A stretch of 64,000 nucleotides of DNA from Candidatus Vogelbacteria bacterium (GTDB taxonomy: Bacteria > Patescibacteriota > Minisyncoccia > Phycocordibacterales > XYD1-FULL-46-19), in NCBI GenBank assembly GCA_903878275.1, contig CAIRHC010000007.1, positions 78,482 to 142,481 on the forward strand, in the 5' to 3' direction. Positions 37,091 through 46,403 of this stretch are shown here, piece after piece. The notes beneath the pieces were generated by a model. The model had not been told where the DNA came from and ran no database searches. It saw nothing but the letters and a program-made list of their open reading frames with translations. How positions within the stretch are numbered: the first letter of the stretch is position 1; each line of letters starts with the position of its first letter. The position numbers and the translations under genes are program-made.

Positions 37091-39346
37091 TTATTCCCAA
37101 TGCGTCTCCTGTTTTTTGCTCGCCAACTTTTCGTTGAATTGCGGATAAGTTTTTAATTCGGGATCTTGGTCGATTATTTTTTCGGCTTCGGTTCTTGCCG
37201 CTTCAACCATTTTTAAATTTTTGATGGCTTCCATCCCGATGTCGGAAATGCCCCATTGTTTTTCTCCGGAGATGGTGCCGGAACCACGAAGAGCGAGATC
37301 GTGCTCGGCGAGCTCGAAACCGTTTTTGGCACTGACCAGAGCTTTTAATCGGCTCATCGATTTTTCATTTTTGGTTTCCGAAAAAATATAACAATAAGCT
37401 TGGTGATTGGAGCGAATGACGCGACCACGGAGCTGGTGAAGTTGTGCCAAGCCAAAACGTTCGGCACCTTCGATAATTATGATGGTGGCATTTGGTACAT
37501 TGACGCCGACTTCAATGACCGAGGTGGAGACGAGAATATTTATCTCGCCATCGGTAAATTGTTGCATCGTGTCCTCCTTGTCTTTTGGTTTTAATTTGCT
37601 GTGCATTACTTCAACCACGAATTCGGGAAAAACTTTATCTTGCAGGCGAATCGTCTCGGCTTTGGCGGATTTGGCTTGAACTGCCATTTCTTTTTCGGGG
37701 TCTGGTTCGTCAATGCGAGGGCAAATGACATAAGCTTGGCGACCAGCTTTTAATTCGGTGCGAATGTGCTCATAAGCTTCGTCGCGTTTGTCTGGCGGTA
37801 TAATTTTAGTAATGACGGGTTTTCGTCCGGCGGGCATTTGATCAAGTAAGGTCAAATCAAGGTCGCCAAAAACGGTGAGGGCGAGAGTGCGCGGAATTGG
37901 AGTGGCGGTCATCGAAAGTAGGTGAGGGAGTGGCTCCGGTTTGTTTTTGCCTGCACGAACGCCACTGGCGGGCGGGTCGCTGGTTCGACGGACAAGTTTG
38001 GCTCTCTGCATTACACCGAATCTGTGCTGTTCGTCGATAATTGCCAGACCGAGTTTTTTGAATTTAACCTTTTTTTGAATGAGCGCGTGGGTGCCGACGA
38101 GAATAGGGATTTCACCATTGGCGACCCATTTTAATAATGTGGTGCGAGAAATGTGGGTGGAATCGTGCGGGTCGATTTTTGAAGGAAATTTTTTACATTC
38201 TTTGCCGGTGATTAGCCCGATTTGAATATTCATATGCTCGAAATATTTTATAAATGATTCAAAATGTTGACGGGCGAGAATTTCGGTCGGTGCCATATAT
38301 GAGACTTCCAGACCGGCTTTGACCATCGCAAAAGTGGTGGCGGCGGCGACCATCGTCTTGCCCGAGCCGACATCGCCTTCGAGGAGGCGAACCATTGGTT
38401 TGTCGTCGGCAAAATCGGCTAAAATAATATCAATGGCTTTGGTTTGGGCGTCGGTCGGTTTAAAGGGAAAGCGATCAAGAAATTCTTTTAAATCTTTGCG
38501 ACCTAGTTTGGTTTTGAAGCTTGGGTTGCTTTGATAAATTTTCTTGTCCCGCAAACGAGCGAGTTGGATAAAAAAAACTTCTTCAAAAGCGAAACGTTTG
38601 CGAGCGGAAATAGAATCTTCTACTTTTTTTGGCAAATGAATCCAAACCAGCGCGGTTTTTAGCGACGGCAAATTATATTTTTTTAAAATTTCAGGTGGAA
38701 TCGGGTCAGTTATTTTGTCGTGCAGGTTGTTGCTAATTAATTTTTTGATGTGATAGTAAAACCAACCAGAAGAAATGCCTCGGGTTTCGGGATAGACTGG
38801 GATTAAAAAATTGTCGAGGTTGTTGCCGGAATCGCCTTCATAAAAAAGTGATTCTTTTTGGGCTTGCCAGCCAAGCGTGTCGCGGACTTCGGGGTTGGTG
38901 ATGTAGAGCTCGCCAGTTGGTGAAGACTTGGATGGCTCGCTGGTGCCCGCCGGCGACTTGTCGCCGGCGGGATGGTTCTTTCTTTTTTGCGACACTTTTC
39001 CGCGAAACTCGGCAAATTGTCCCTCGGCAATTTTTTTGGCGAGATATGGTTGATGAAACCAAACGATTTTTATTCGTCCGGTTTCATCTTCGACCACGGC
39101 TTCACCCATTGGAATTTTACTGCGGAAGCCTTTTTTGGTTTGAGCAGAAATAACTTTGCCGTAAATTACCACTTCATCGCCAGCTTTTAGGTCGGCAATT
39201 TTTTGGCGGTTGCCACTTTGTTCGTAACGGCTCGGCAAACACAAAAGCAAATCAGCCAAAGTTTCAACCTTTAGTTTTTTTAAGGCAACTTTTTGCAGGG
39301 GATTAAGTCGGAAGACTCGATCGATGTTGTCTTGAAGTTCCATCAA
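37091..39346 (-). CDS. recG: ATP-dependent DNA helicase RecG
   Basis: GDVGSGKT, DEQHRFG helicase motifs; N-terminal wedge domain. Confidence 0.88.
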   Translation of the reverse strand: MMELQDNIDRVFRLNPLQKVALKKLKVETLADLLLCLPSRYEQSGNRQKIADLKAGDEVVIYGKVISAQTKKGFRSKIPMGEAVVEDETGRIKIVWFHQPYLAKKIAEGQFAEFRGKVSQKRKNHPAGDKSPAGTSEPSKSSPTGELYITNPEVRDTLGWQAQKESLFYEGDSGNNLDNFLIPVYPETRGISSGWFYYHIKKLISNNLHDKITDPIPPEILKKYNLPSLKTALVWIHLPKKVEDSISARKRFAFEEVFFIQLARLRDKKIYQSNPSFKTKLGRKDLKEFLDRFPFKPTDAQTKAIDIILADFADDKPMVRLLEGDVGSGKTMVAAATTFAMVKAGLEVSYMAPTEILARQHFESFIKYFEHMNIQIGLITGKECKKFPSKIDPHDSTHISRTTLLKWVANGEIPILVGTHALIQKKVKFKKLGLAIIDEQHRFGVMQRAKLVRRTSDPPASGVRAGKNKPEPLPHLLSMTATPIPRTLALTVFGDLDLTLLDQMPAGRKPVITKIIPPDKRDEAYEHIRTELKAGRQAYVICPRIDEPDPEKEMAVQAKSAKAETIRLQDKVFPEFVVEVMHSKLKPKDKEDTMQQFTDGEINILVSTSVIEVGVNVPNATIIIIEGAERFGLAQLHQLRGRVIRSNHQAYCYIFSETKNEKSMSRLKALVSAKNGFELAEHDLALRGSGTISGEKQWGISDIGMEAIKNLKMVEAARTEAEKIIDQDPELKTYPQFNEKLASKKQETHWE

Positions 39347-39365
39347 AACATTATAGCAAAACAGA

Positions 39366-39400
39366 AAAAAACCGCCCCGTCCTTTGGCGGGGCGGTTTTT
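39366..39400. terminator. bidirectional terminator aaaaccgccccgtc-cttt-ggcggggcggttttt
   Basis: ACCGCCC-type stem. Confidence 0.65.
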
Positions 39401-39406
39401 AAAGTT

Positions 39407-39598
39407 TTAGCCTCCAACCTCGTTACTTATTGACGTGCCAGCGGGAATGTTTGGTTCACCCGTCGGGACAACCGTGGTTGTGGTAGGAATGATCGCTGGA
39501 GCTTCTGGAGCTTGAGCCGTATTTTTACTTGCAAAAAACCAAACTCCACTTGCGATAATAATGATAACGATAATTCCAATGATGTAGTTCTTATTCAT
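39407..39598 (-). CDS. small membrane-anchored protein (63 aa)
   Basis: N-terminal TM then Pro/Thr-rich tail; a second ~47-aa TM peptide is readable on the - strand at ~39630-39773. Confidence 0.4.
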   Translation of the reverse strand: MNKNYIIGIIVIIIIASGVWFFASKNTAQAPEAPAIIPTTTTVVPTGEPNIPAGTSISNEVGG

Positions 39599-39799
39599 AA
39601 TGTTTTATTTTAATAATATTTTTTTTAAATTTATTGTGGCTGACCAGGTCTTTCATTACATGGCCATAGCCCATTACAATCCTGTGCTCTTTTTGTTTTG
39701 ACAAAAAATAATACTGCGAAGGTCGATACTAGTAAAATAATAACAATTGCAATAATTAAATAAATTCTTTTCATATCTTCTAAATTTGTTTTGTTGTCG

Positions 39800-40003
39800 T
39801 TGTTGGGCAGGGATTTACCCTAAAGGGTATGAACTTCTCATCTCCGGCCTTCCGAGCAGAAGCCCAAAATTTGATAAAGAATTATCAAATTTTAAATTTT
39901 GCGGAGAGGCAGGGATTTACCCTAAAGGGTATAAACTTCTCATCTCCAGCCTTCCGTGCAGAAATTTAAAATCCGATACAAAAGTATCAAATTTTAAATT
40001 TTG
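39800..40003. repeat. two ~100-bp tandem direct repeats, each beginning with a copy of the tRNA-Ser 3' end (ttttgcggagaggcagggatt)
   Basis: read directly; the overlapping ORF 39786..40049 is a translation artefact. Confidence 0.6.
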
Positions 40004-40092
40004 CGGAGAGGCAGGGATTCGAACCCTGGAACCGATTTTACTCGGTTAACACATTAGCAGTGTGCCCCTTTCGGCCACTCAGGCACCTCTCC
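40004..40092 (-). tRNA. tRNA-Ser (anticodon GCU), class II long variable arm
   Basis: acceptor ggagagg/cctctcc, T-arm cagggttcgaatccctg, anticodon loop ctgctaa. Confidence 0.7.
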
Positions 40093-40179
40093 GTGATTAT
40101 TTAATTCTAGTCTAACCTTTAGACTTTATCACAATTTTGTATCTATGCCAAATGAGATTTTGGTGGTATATTTTAAACA

Positions 40180-40713
40180 ATGAATCAGAAAAATATTATT
40201 TTTAGCTTTATTATTTTGTCGCTTATTTTGATGGTAAGCTTTTTGGCCCTTAAATTTATTTCCCCTGCTTCACCTGTTGGTTTACCAAATCCCGCTTCGG
40301 TCAATTGTGAAGAAGTCGGTGGGACATTGGAAATTCGCACCGATTCAAATGGCGGGCAAACCGGCTATTGCACTTTGCCCGATAAAACTGTTTGTGAAGA
40401 ATGGGCGCTTTTGCGGAATGAATGTCGTCCTGCAAAGTGTGTTGATTGTGGCGTAGGTGGTTGGCAAAAAATGAGCGAAGTCTGTGTCCAACCTGTCCCT
40501 ACTAAAAACGACGCCAGAGGTTGTTTTATTAATTTTAGTTGGTCATCCGTTACCTCAACCACAAACATTGATGAAATAAAAGACGGATATATTGAAATAG
40601 GTGGCTTGGAAGTTCTTAAAAATCCAACCATCAAATCAATAAAAGTTTTTATTTATCATCAATGGGCGATTGACGAAGAAGGGAACCTGTATCTGTTGGG
40701 ACAGTTGGGATAG
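40180..40713 (+). CDS. DUF333 (putative-hemolysin-like) domain protein, membrane-anchored
   Basis: GLPNPASVNCEE.GG ... CEEWA..R.EC signature. Confidence 0.65.
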   Translation: MNQKNIIFSFIILSLILMVSFLALKFISPASPVGLPNPASVNCEEVGGTLEIRTDSNGGQTGYCTLPDKTVCEEWALLRNECRPAKCVDCGVGGWQKMSEVCVQPVPTKNDARGCFINFSWSSVTSTTNIDEIKDGYIEIGGLEVLKNPTIKSIKVFIYHQWAIDEEGNLYLLGQLG

Positions 40714-40847
40714 AAGATAAAAATTTGAAATCAAATTGGGTATAATTAATCAATGCGAAATTAAAAGAAAGAGGATCGCCCTTGTATTCAGCTGATTATT
40801 AAAAAATTAGGTTTGGTTTCGATATCTTATTTGTTATTATTTAGTGG

Positions 40848-42194
40848 ATGGATAAAAACAATAAAATGGTCGCTTGGTTTTTGTTGCTTGGTGTCAACAG
40901 CTTGCCTTTGTTGATCTGGCTTTTTATGGCACCTTGGTCAGAGCGGTTTGGTGGCTTCTGGCAAATTTTGACGAGCCTAGGGCAAATCTCGGCTTTGCTT
41001 GGTTTTTCTTTGATGGCGACGACGATAATTTTGACGGCACGTTTTCGCTGGCTGGAAAAAAATCTGCGTGGTTTGAATCGGGTTTTTATCAATCATCATT
41101 TGCTTGGCTCACTGTCTTTTATTTTGTTACTGTTTCATCCGCTGGTTTTGGCGATTCGTTATTTGTCGCTATCTATTAATAGTGCCGCGATTTTCCTTTT
41201 GCCAAGTTTAATTTTTTGGCAACGGACTCTCGGTACAATATCGCTTGCCATAATGATACTTCTGCTCATTATTACTTTTTATCTTGGCTGGCGTTATCAC
41301 CTTTGGAAATTTTCGCATCGTTTTTTGGTCTTGGCTTTTTTGATTGGCTTTTTACATACGGCTTTTATCGAAAGTGATGTTTCGCGAAATTTATTTTTGC
41401 GGTTTTATCTATTATCGCTTGGCGGTATTACTTTGATTGCCTATGCTTGGCGTTTGGCGGTGGAATTTGGCGGAATTGGCAAGAAAAAATATGTCATTTC
41501 AAATTTGCAGGAGGTTATCACGAATGTTTGGGAAGTGAGTTTGCGACCAAAAGGTGAAATTCTAAACTATCAAGCTGGTCAATTTGCTTTTTTATCGTTC
41601 ATTCAAGCGGGAATAAAAAGCGAAGAACATCCTTTTTCTTTCACTTCGGCGCCGGGTGAGTCGGAATTAAAATTTGTTATTAAAAATTTGGGGGATTTTA
41701 CTAGTCGATTAGGTGAATTAAAAGTGGGCGCCGAAGTTTTGGTGGAGGGTCCTTATGGTGTTTTTGGGCAGAGATTGGAAGATGCCGGCAGAATTTCTGC
41801 CGAAGCAGAAATTCTGCCGGCGGGTCAAACCTCCGAAATCTGGATCGCTGGCGGAGTTGGCATCACACCATTTATCAGTCTGGCGAAAGATTTAAAAAAC
41901 AATAATCGCCAGGTAGATTTGTATGTTGTTGCGAGATCAGAGAAAGAGGCGATTGGCATTGTCGAACTTAAACAAATTGCTCAAATGGCACCAAATCTCA
42001 AACTAATTCCGTATTATGATGATAGCGGTCAAGGTTTTTTGTCGGCTGATAAGGTTGAACAATTAAGTGGTTCGCCGCTTGGTCGCCAAATTTATATTTG
42101 TGGTCCGGCGCCAATGATGCGCTCACTTAAAACCCAATTTATTAATAAAGGTGTTGATACTAAAAATATTCATACCGAAGAATTTAGCTTGTAA
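40848..42194 (+). CDS. NOX/ferric-reductase-like flavocytochrome (TM heme domain + FAD/NAD-binding domain)
   Basis: 6 TM helices with His pairs; HPFSFTS FAD motif; GGVGITP NAD motif. Confidence 0.7.
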   Translation: MDKNNKMVAWFLLLGVNSLPLLIWLFMAPWSERFGGFWQILTSLGQISALLGFSLMATTIILTARFRWLEKNLRGLNRVFINHHLLGSLSFILLLFHPLVLAIRYLSLSINSAAIFLLPSLIFWQRTLGTISLAIMILLLIITFYLGWRYHLWKFSHRFLVLAFLIGFLHTAFIESDVSRNLFLRFYLLSLGGITLIAYAWRLAVEFGGIGKKKYVISNLQEVITNVWEVSLRPKGEILNYQAGQFAFLSFIQAGIKSEEHPFSFTSAPGESELKFVIKNLGDFTSRLGELKVGAEVLVEGPYGVFGQRLEDAGRISAEAEILPAGQTSEIWIAGGVGITPFISLAKDLKNNNRQVDLYVVARSEKEAIGIVELKQIAQMAPNLKLIPYYDDSGQGFLSADKVEQLSGSPLGRQIYICGPAPMMRSLKTQFINKGVDTKNIHTEEFSL

Positions 42195-42199
42195 CCAAT

Positions 42200-42739
42200 A
42201 TGAAAAAATATATTTCTATTTCTTTATTTGTATTTTTTTTAATTATTACCGTAATTTTGGTTTGTGGATTAGTTTTTAACGGACAAACTGGTCAAAATGT
42301 TCAATATACAGCGACAAGTTCGGTTTCGGTGGCTACCCCTTCAGCTGTGTCTGGCGGCACACCAGCCAATCCGACAATCAAACCGACAACAAAAGTTTTA
42401 GATATGAACGAAGTGGCGAAACACAATCAGGCTTCAGATTGTTGGCAGGTGATTGGTGGTAATGTCTATGATTTCTCGCCTTACTTAGCACAACATCCGG
42501 GCGGTGAGCGAGCGATGGTTCCATATTGTGGTCAAGAGGCGACACAAGCTTATGATTCAAAGGGCGGGCGAGGGCAAGGTCATTCGTCTCGAGCCAAAAG
42601 TGAATTGTCCAGCTTTCTTGTTGGTCCGCTTGGTCAAACGGTTTCCGTTTCGCAAAATCCAGTTGCCCCGGTGGTTTCACCGCAAGTCCAAAACTCAAAT
42701 ACCAGCAGTAGATTTTTCGGAAATAGGGAAGACGACTAG
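42200..42739 (+). CDS. membrane-anchored cytochrome b5-like heme-binding domain protein
   Basis: H.....D.W....G.VYD.S.Y...HPGG motif. Confidence 0.7.
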   Translation: MKKYISISLFVFFLIITVILVCGLVFNGQTGQNVQYTATSSVSVATPSAVSGGTPANPTIKPTTKVLDMNEVAKHNQASDCWQVIGGNVYDFSPYLAQHPGGERAMVPYCGQEATQAYDSKGGRGQGHSSRAKSELSSFLVGPLGQTVSVSQNPVAPVVSPQVQNSNTSSRFFGNREDD

Positions 42740-42740
42740 A

Positions 42741-43445
42741 TTAGCCATGCGCCCAAGTGAGACCAAAAACTTGCTTCGCGCCGGATTTTTTCAATACTTT
42801 GCGAATTTCTTCGATGGTCGCACCAGTGGTGCAAATGTCGTCGATAACAATTATGGTTTTGTTTTTAAGGCGCTTTTTGTGCTGGGCACAAAAAGCGCCT
42901 TTTAAATTATCTAAACGCTCGCGACGGTTTCGCATTGACACTTGTGGCGGTGTCTCTTTTGTTTTTACCACCAAATTTGTTTCTAAACTAAAATTTTTTG
43001 GATCAAAATCTGTAAAATGCCTAGCAATTTCTTCGGCCTGATTAAAACCGCGTTGGTGTAAACGTTTTTTCGCTAGCGGTGCTGGTATCACCAAGATTTT
43101 TTCTTTATTTTGATTAAACAAAACTTCGTCGGCAAGCTCATTTAGCGCCAATTCGTACATCGGACGTGCCATTATTTGTGCCAGATCTTTAATGCCACGA
43201 TATTTTAACAACCAAACCACTTGTTTGGTTGTCGGATTTTTGTAATTAAATACCGAAAAAATTTCGTCAGAAATTTTTTCGGTATTAATTGGTAAACTTG
43301 CCAAACAATTATCACACAAAAAAGTTTCAGCTTGTTTACAACCAGCACAATGAGGTAAAAAAATCAGCGTAATTAGTTTGCGAAAGAAAACAAAAATAAA
43401 AAAATTTTGCCAGAAATCTTTTTGTGGATAAGTCGTCTTTTTCAT
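42741..43445 (-). CDS. comFC: ComF-family competence protein (phosphoribosyltransferase domain)
   Basis: N-terminal Cys4 + C-terminal VIDDICTTGAT PRTase motif. Confidence 0.75.
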   Translation of the reverse strand: MKKTTYPQKDFWQNFFIFVFFRKLITLIFLPHCAGCKQAETFLCDNCLASLPINTEKISDEIFSVFNYKNPTTKQVVWLLKYRGIKDLAQIMARPMYELALNELADEVLFNQNKEKILVIPAPLAKKRLHQRGFNQAEEIARHFTDFDPKNFSLETNLVVKTKETPPQVSMRNRRERLDNLKGAFCAQHKKRLKNKTIIVIDDICTTGATIEEIRKVLKKSGAKQVFGLTWAHG

Positions 43446-43515
43446 TTGCTATTTTTTAATCTACATATGATATAATAAAAGTTGAATTAAATTAAGTTTT
43501 CAAACTTAAATATTT

Positions 43516-44673
43516 ATGAGTATTCTCGATAGCGTATCAAAAATAGTCAAAGACAATTTTGGCAAAAAAGAAAAAAGCGTTGTCGCCATTGACTTCGGTA
43601 TTTCTTCGGTGAAAGTTATTCAACTTCGAAATGAAAAAGGTTTAGCGGTTTTGGAGACTTACGGCGAGTTGGCTTGTGGTCCATATGGCGATTTGGCTGT
43701 CGGGCAATCTTCAAATTTACCACCAGAAAAAATATTTGAGCTGGTCAGTGATTTATTTCGCGAGGCAAATATTACCGCCAAGGTTGGAGCGATTGCGGTG
43801 CCTTCGCGTACGAGCCTGATTGTCTCAATTGGAATTCCGGAAATGGAAGAAAGCAAATTGGCAGAAGTTGTCCCGATTGAAGCCCGAAAATATATTCCGG
43901 TACCAATTTCGGAAGTGATTCTTGATTGGTGGGTTGTTCCGAAAAATGCTCAAGAAAACGAAGCCGAAAAAAATCGAAAAGTTGAAGCTGGCGGTCAAGA
44001 CGGCACTAGTGCCGACCAAAAATATGGCAAAAAAGTTGAGGTCTTGATCGCGTCGATTCACAAAGATGTTATCCGCGCTTATCAAGATTTGAGTACTAAG
44101 CTCGGTTTGGAAGTTGATTCGTTTGAAATTGAGACCTTCAGTGCCATCCGGGCGGTCATGCCAAATGATCTTTCTGCGACCGTGATCTTTGATATTGGTG
44201 CTGGTACTTCAAAAATTTCTATCGTCGACTATGGTATTGTTCGACTTTCTCACACGATCAACAAAGGCTCACAAGATATTACGGTTTCTATTTCAAAATC
44301 CCTAAATATTCCGTTTGGCAAAGCCGAAGAAATAAAACGTCGTTACGGCTTAGTGGGAGATATTGAAAAAGGCGATCTGGTAGAGTCGATCAGTCCGACC
44401 GTAGAGTATATTTTTGCAGAAGCAAACAAAGTGATGCTGACTTACCAGAGAGAGCGAAGCCGAGCCGTGGACAAAATGATTCTGATCGGTGGCGGAGCGT
44501 TGCTCAAGGGTATTTTAGAAACAGCGAAAAGTATCGTGTCAGTGCCGGTCGTGGTCGGATTACCTTTTGATAAGGTAGAAACCCCGGCGTTTCTTAATAG
44601 TGTATTAAAAGAATCTGGGCCAGAATTTGCAGTGGCAATTGGTCTGGCTTTGCGAAAATTAGAAGACTTATAG
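43516..44673 (+). CDS. pilM: type IV pilus assembly protein PilM
   Basis: actin-like ATPase fold; AIDFG.SS.KV.QL N-terminus. Confidence 0.8.
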   Translation: MSILDSVSKIVKDNFGKKEKSVVAIDFGISSVKVIQLRNEKGLAVLETYGELACGPYGDLAVGQSSNLPPEKIFELVSDLFREANITAKVGAIAVPSRTSLIVSIGIPEMEESKLAEVVPIEARKYIPVPISEVILDWWVVPKNAQENEAEKNRKVEAGGQDGTSADQKYGKKVEVLIASIHKDVIRAYQDLSTKLGLEVDSFEIETFSAIRAVMPNDLSATVIFDIGAGTSKISIVDYGIVRLSHTINKGSQDITVSISKSLNIPFGKAEEIKRRYGLVGDIEKGDLVESISPTVEYIFAEANKVMLTYQRERSRAVDKMILIGGGALLKGILETAKSIVSVPVVVGLPFDKVETPAFLNSVLKESGPEFAVAIGLALRKLEDL

Positions 44674-44697
44674 GTCGAAAATATAAGAAAATTTTTT

Positions 44698-45315
44698 ATG
44701 GAAAATAACTCATTTAAATCATTTATACCAAAACAAGCAATCGGCGATTCTCTAAAAAAGAAAAAACCGCCCATTGATTTGATCACTTACTCGGTCGTTA
44801 TTGTGTTTGTTTTATCGTTTGCGTATTTTGCGGGAATGTATGCCTATCGTTTTTATCTTTATGACAATATTAATCGTTCTTGTCCTGACAATAGTGCCTC
44901 CGTCGCTTCTTGTGGTTTGCTCGCGACACTAGAAAAAGAAAAACAGAATTTCAATTACGATGAAATGGCACACTTGAAGCGGATGGATACAAAATTAAAA
45001 GGCGGGGTCAGTATTCTAAATAACCACCAGACTTTGTTGCCATTTTTCTCGGCACTCGGAAAAATGACTTTAGCTAGCGTTCAGTACACCAGTTTTACTT
45101 TTGACAAAAATGGCATTACGCTCGAGGGTATCGCTCCAAATTATGAAGCTATTGCCAACCAGCAAAAAGTTTTTTCCGAGCAACAAAGTCAATACAAATT
45201 TGCCAGCTTTGTTTTCTCTGATTTCAAAATAAATCAAAACAATAAAGTCGCGTTTAAACTGGCTTTATCGGTCGACAAATCGTTATTATCATATACAAAT
45301 AACCAAGCCCAATAA
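44698..45315 (+). CDS. pilN: PilN-like membrane protein
   Basis: short cytoplasmic N-terminus, single TM, position after pilM. Confidence 0.55.
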   Translation: MENNSFKSFIPKQAIGDSLKKKKPPIDLITYSVVIVFVLSFAYFAGMYAYRFYLYDNINRSCPDNSASVASCGLLATLEKEKQNFNYDEMAHLKRMDTKLKGGVSILNNHQTLLPFFSALGKMTLASVQYTSFTFDKNGITLEGIAPNYEAIANQQKVFSEQQSQYKFASFVFSDFKINQNNKVAFKLALSVDKSLLSYTNNQAQ

Positions 45316-45316
45316 T

Positions 45317-45919
45317 ATGACAAGATTATTCGTATCAATATTTCTCCTTATTACTTCTTTATCTCTCGTCTTTTATTTTGGAGCGATAATTAAAAATGGT
45401 AGTACCGATGCTTGGGCGCAGGGTTATCTTCTAAACAATTCCGACAAAGGCATCACTGGTTTGAAAGCCCAAGAGTTAGGCTTAAACGAAGCTTTAGGCA
45501 ATGCTCGAACCTTAAAAACAAAAATAAACGAATTGTCCAAGATCGAGCAAGCTATTCCCCAGCTTGATCGAGACAGGTTAGACAAGTTCATCCCTGACAG
45601 TATCGAAAACATCAATTTAATTATTGATATCAATACCATTGCGGTAAAGAATGGAATGATCATAAAAGATGTCCAATTCAAATCGACCGGCAATGAAAAA
45701 GCCGTCAGTGATGCGGCCGCCAAAGCGACAAATAGCGTCAAAATCGCCGAAACCGCCATTTCTTTTTCCGTGACTGGTGGCTATAAATCTTTTGCCGAAT
45801 TTCTAAAAGGTCTGTCTGATAGTATCCGCGTCACTGATGTTTCATCTTTGTCATTTAAGGTCGATGACAAAGGGCTAAATCAATACAATTTCGAGGTTAA
45901 AACTTACTGGGTAAAATAA
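45317..45919 (+). CDS. pilO: PilO-like membrane protein
   Basis: N-terminal TM + coiled-coil; position. Confidence 0.5.
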   Translation: MTRLFVSIFLLITSLSLVFYFGAIIKNGSTDAWAQGYLLNNSDKGITGLKAQELGLNEALGNARTLKTKINELSKIEQAIPQLDRDRLDKFIPDSIENINLIIDINTIAVKNGMIIKDVQFKSTGNEKAVSDAAAKATNSVKIAETAISFSVTGGYKSFAEFLKGLSDSIRVTDVSSLSFKVDDKGLNQYNFEVKTYWVK

Positions 45920-45924
45920 AAAAT

Positions 45925-46362
45925 ATGGATTCAAAAAATATAAAAATAGGAGTGGTAGCAATTCTTCTTTTGGTCGTAGCTTATTTTGCTTATGGTTATA
46001 TTACTGGCGATTCGATTCCACCACCAGCTGGCGGGGTGACGGTTACTAGTGGCGAGGGGGCAAGTGTGGCTCAAGCTTCTGGTATTGATGATCCATTTTT
46101 TGATTTACTGTTGGGCTTAAACACTGTCACTTTGTCAGAAAAATCTCTTTTGTCTGATCCGATTTTCAAAGATAAAATGCAAGATTTTAGCCAACCTTTG
46201 CCAACACCGGAAATTGGTCGAGCCAATCCATTTTTACCGGTTGGTTCAACTACCTCGGCAACTGATGGCTATGGTTTCAATAATAACACCGCCACCACCA
46301 CTATCTCCACAATAAATACTAGTAGTACGACCAGTAGCACGACAAAACCATCGGGAATTTAG
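45925..46362 (+). CDS. hypothetical TM protein with Ser/Thr-rich C-terminus (PilP-position)
   Basis: position in the pilMNO cluster. Confidence 0.4.
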   Translation: MDSKNIKIGVVAILLLVVAYFAYGYITGDSIPPPAGGVTVTSGEGASVAQASGIDDPFFDLLLGLNTVTLSEKSLLSDPIFKDKMQDFSQPLPTPEIGRANPFLPVGSTTSATDGYGFNNNTATTTISTINTSSTTSSTTKPSGI

Positions 46363-46403
46363 TTGAAAAAGTTTAAAAGTTTTTAGCGGACAAATTATTT
46401 CTT

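Noticed and set aside
39786-40049. 87-aa ORF (MFCCRCWAGIYPKGY...)
   Set aside because: It is a translation of the tandem tRNA-Ser 3'-end repeats and of the tRNA gene itself on the opposite strand.
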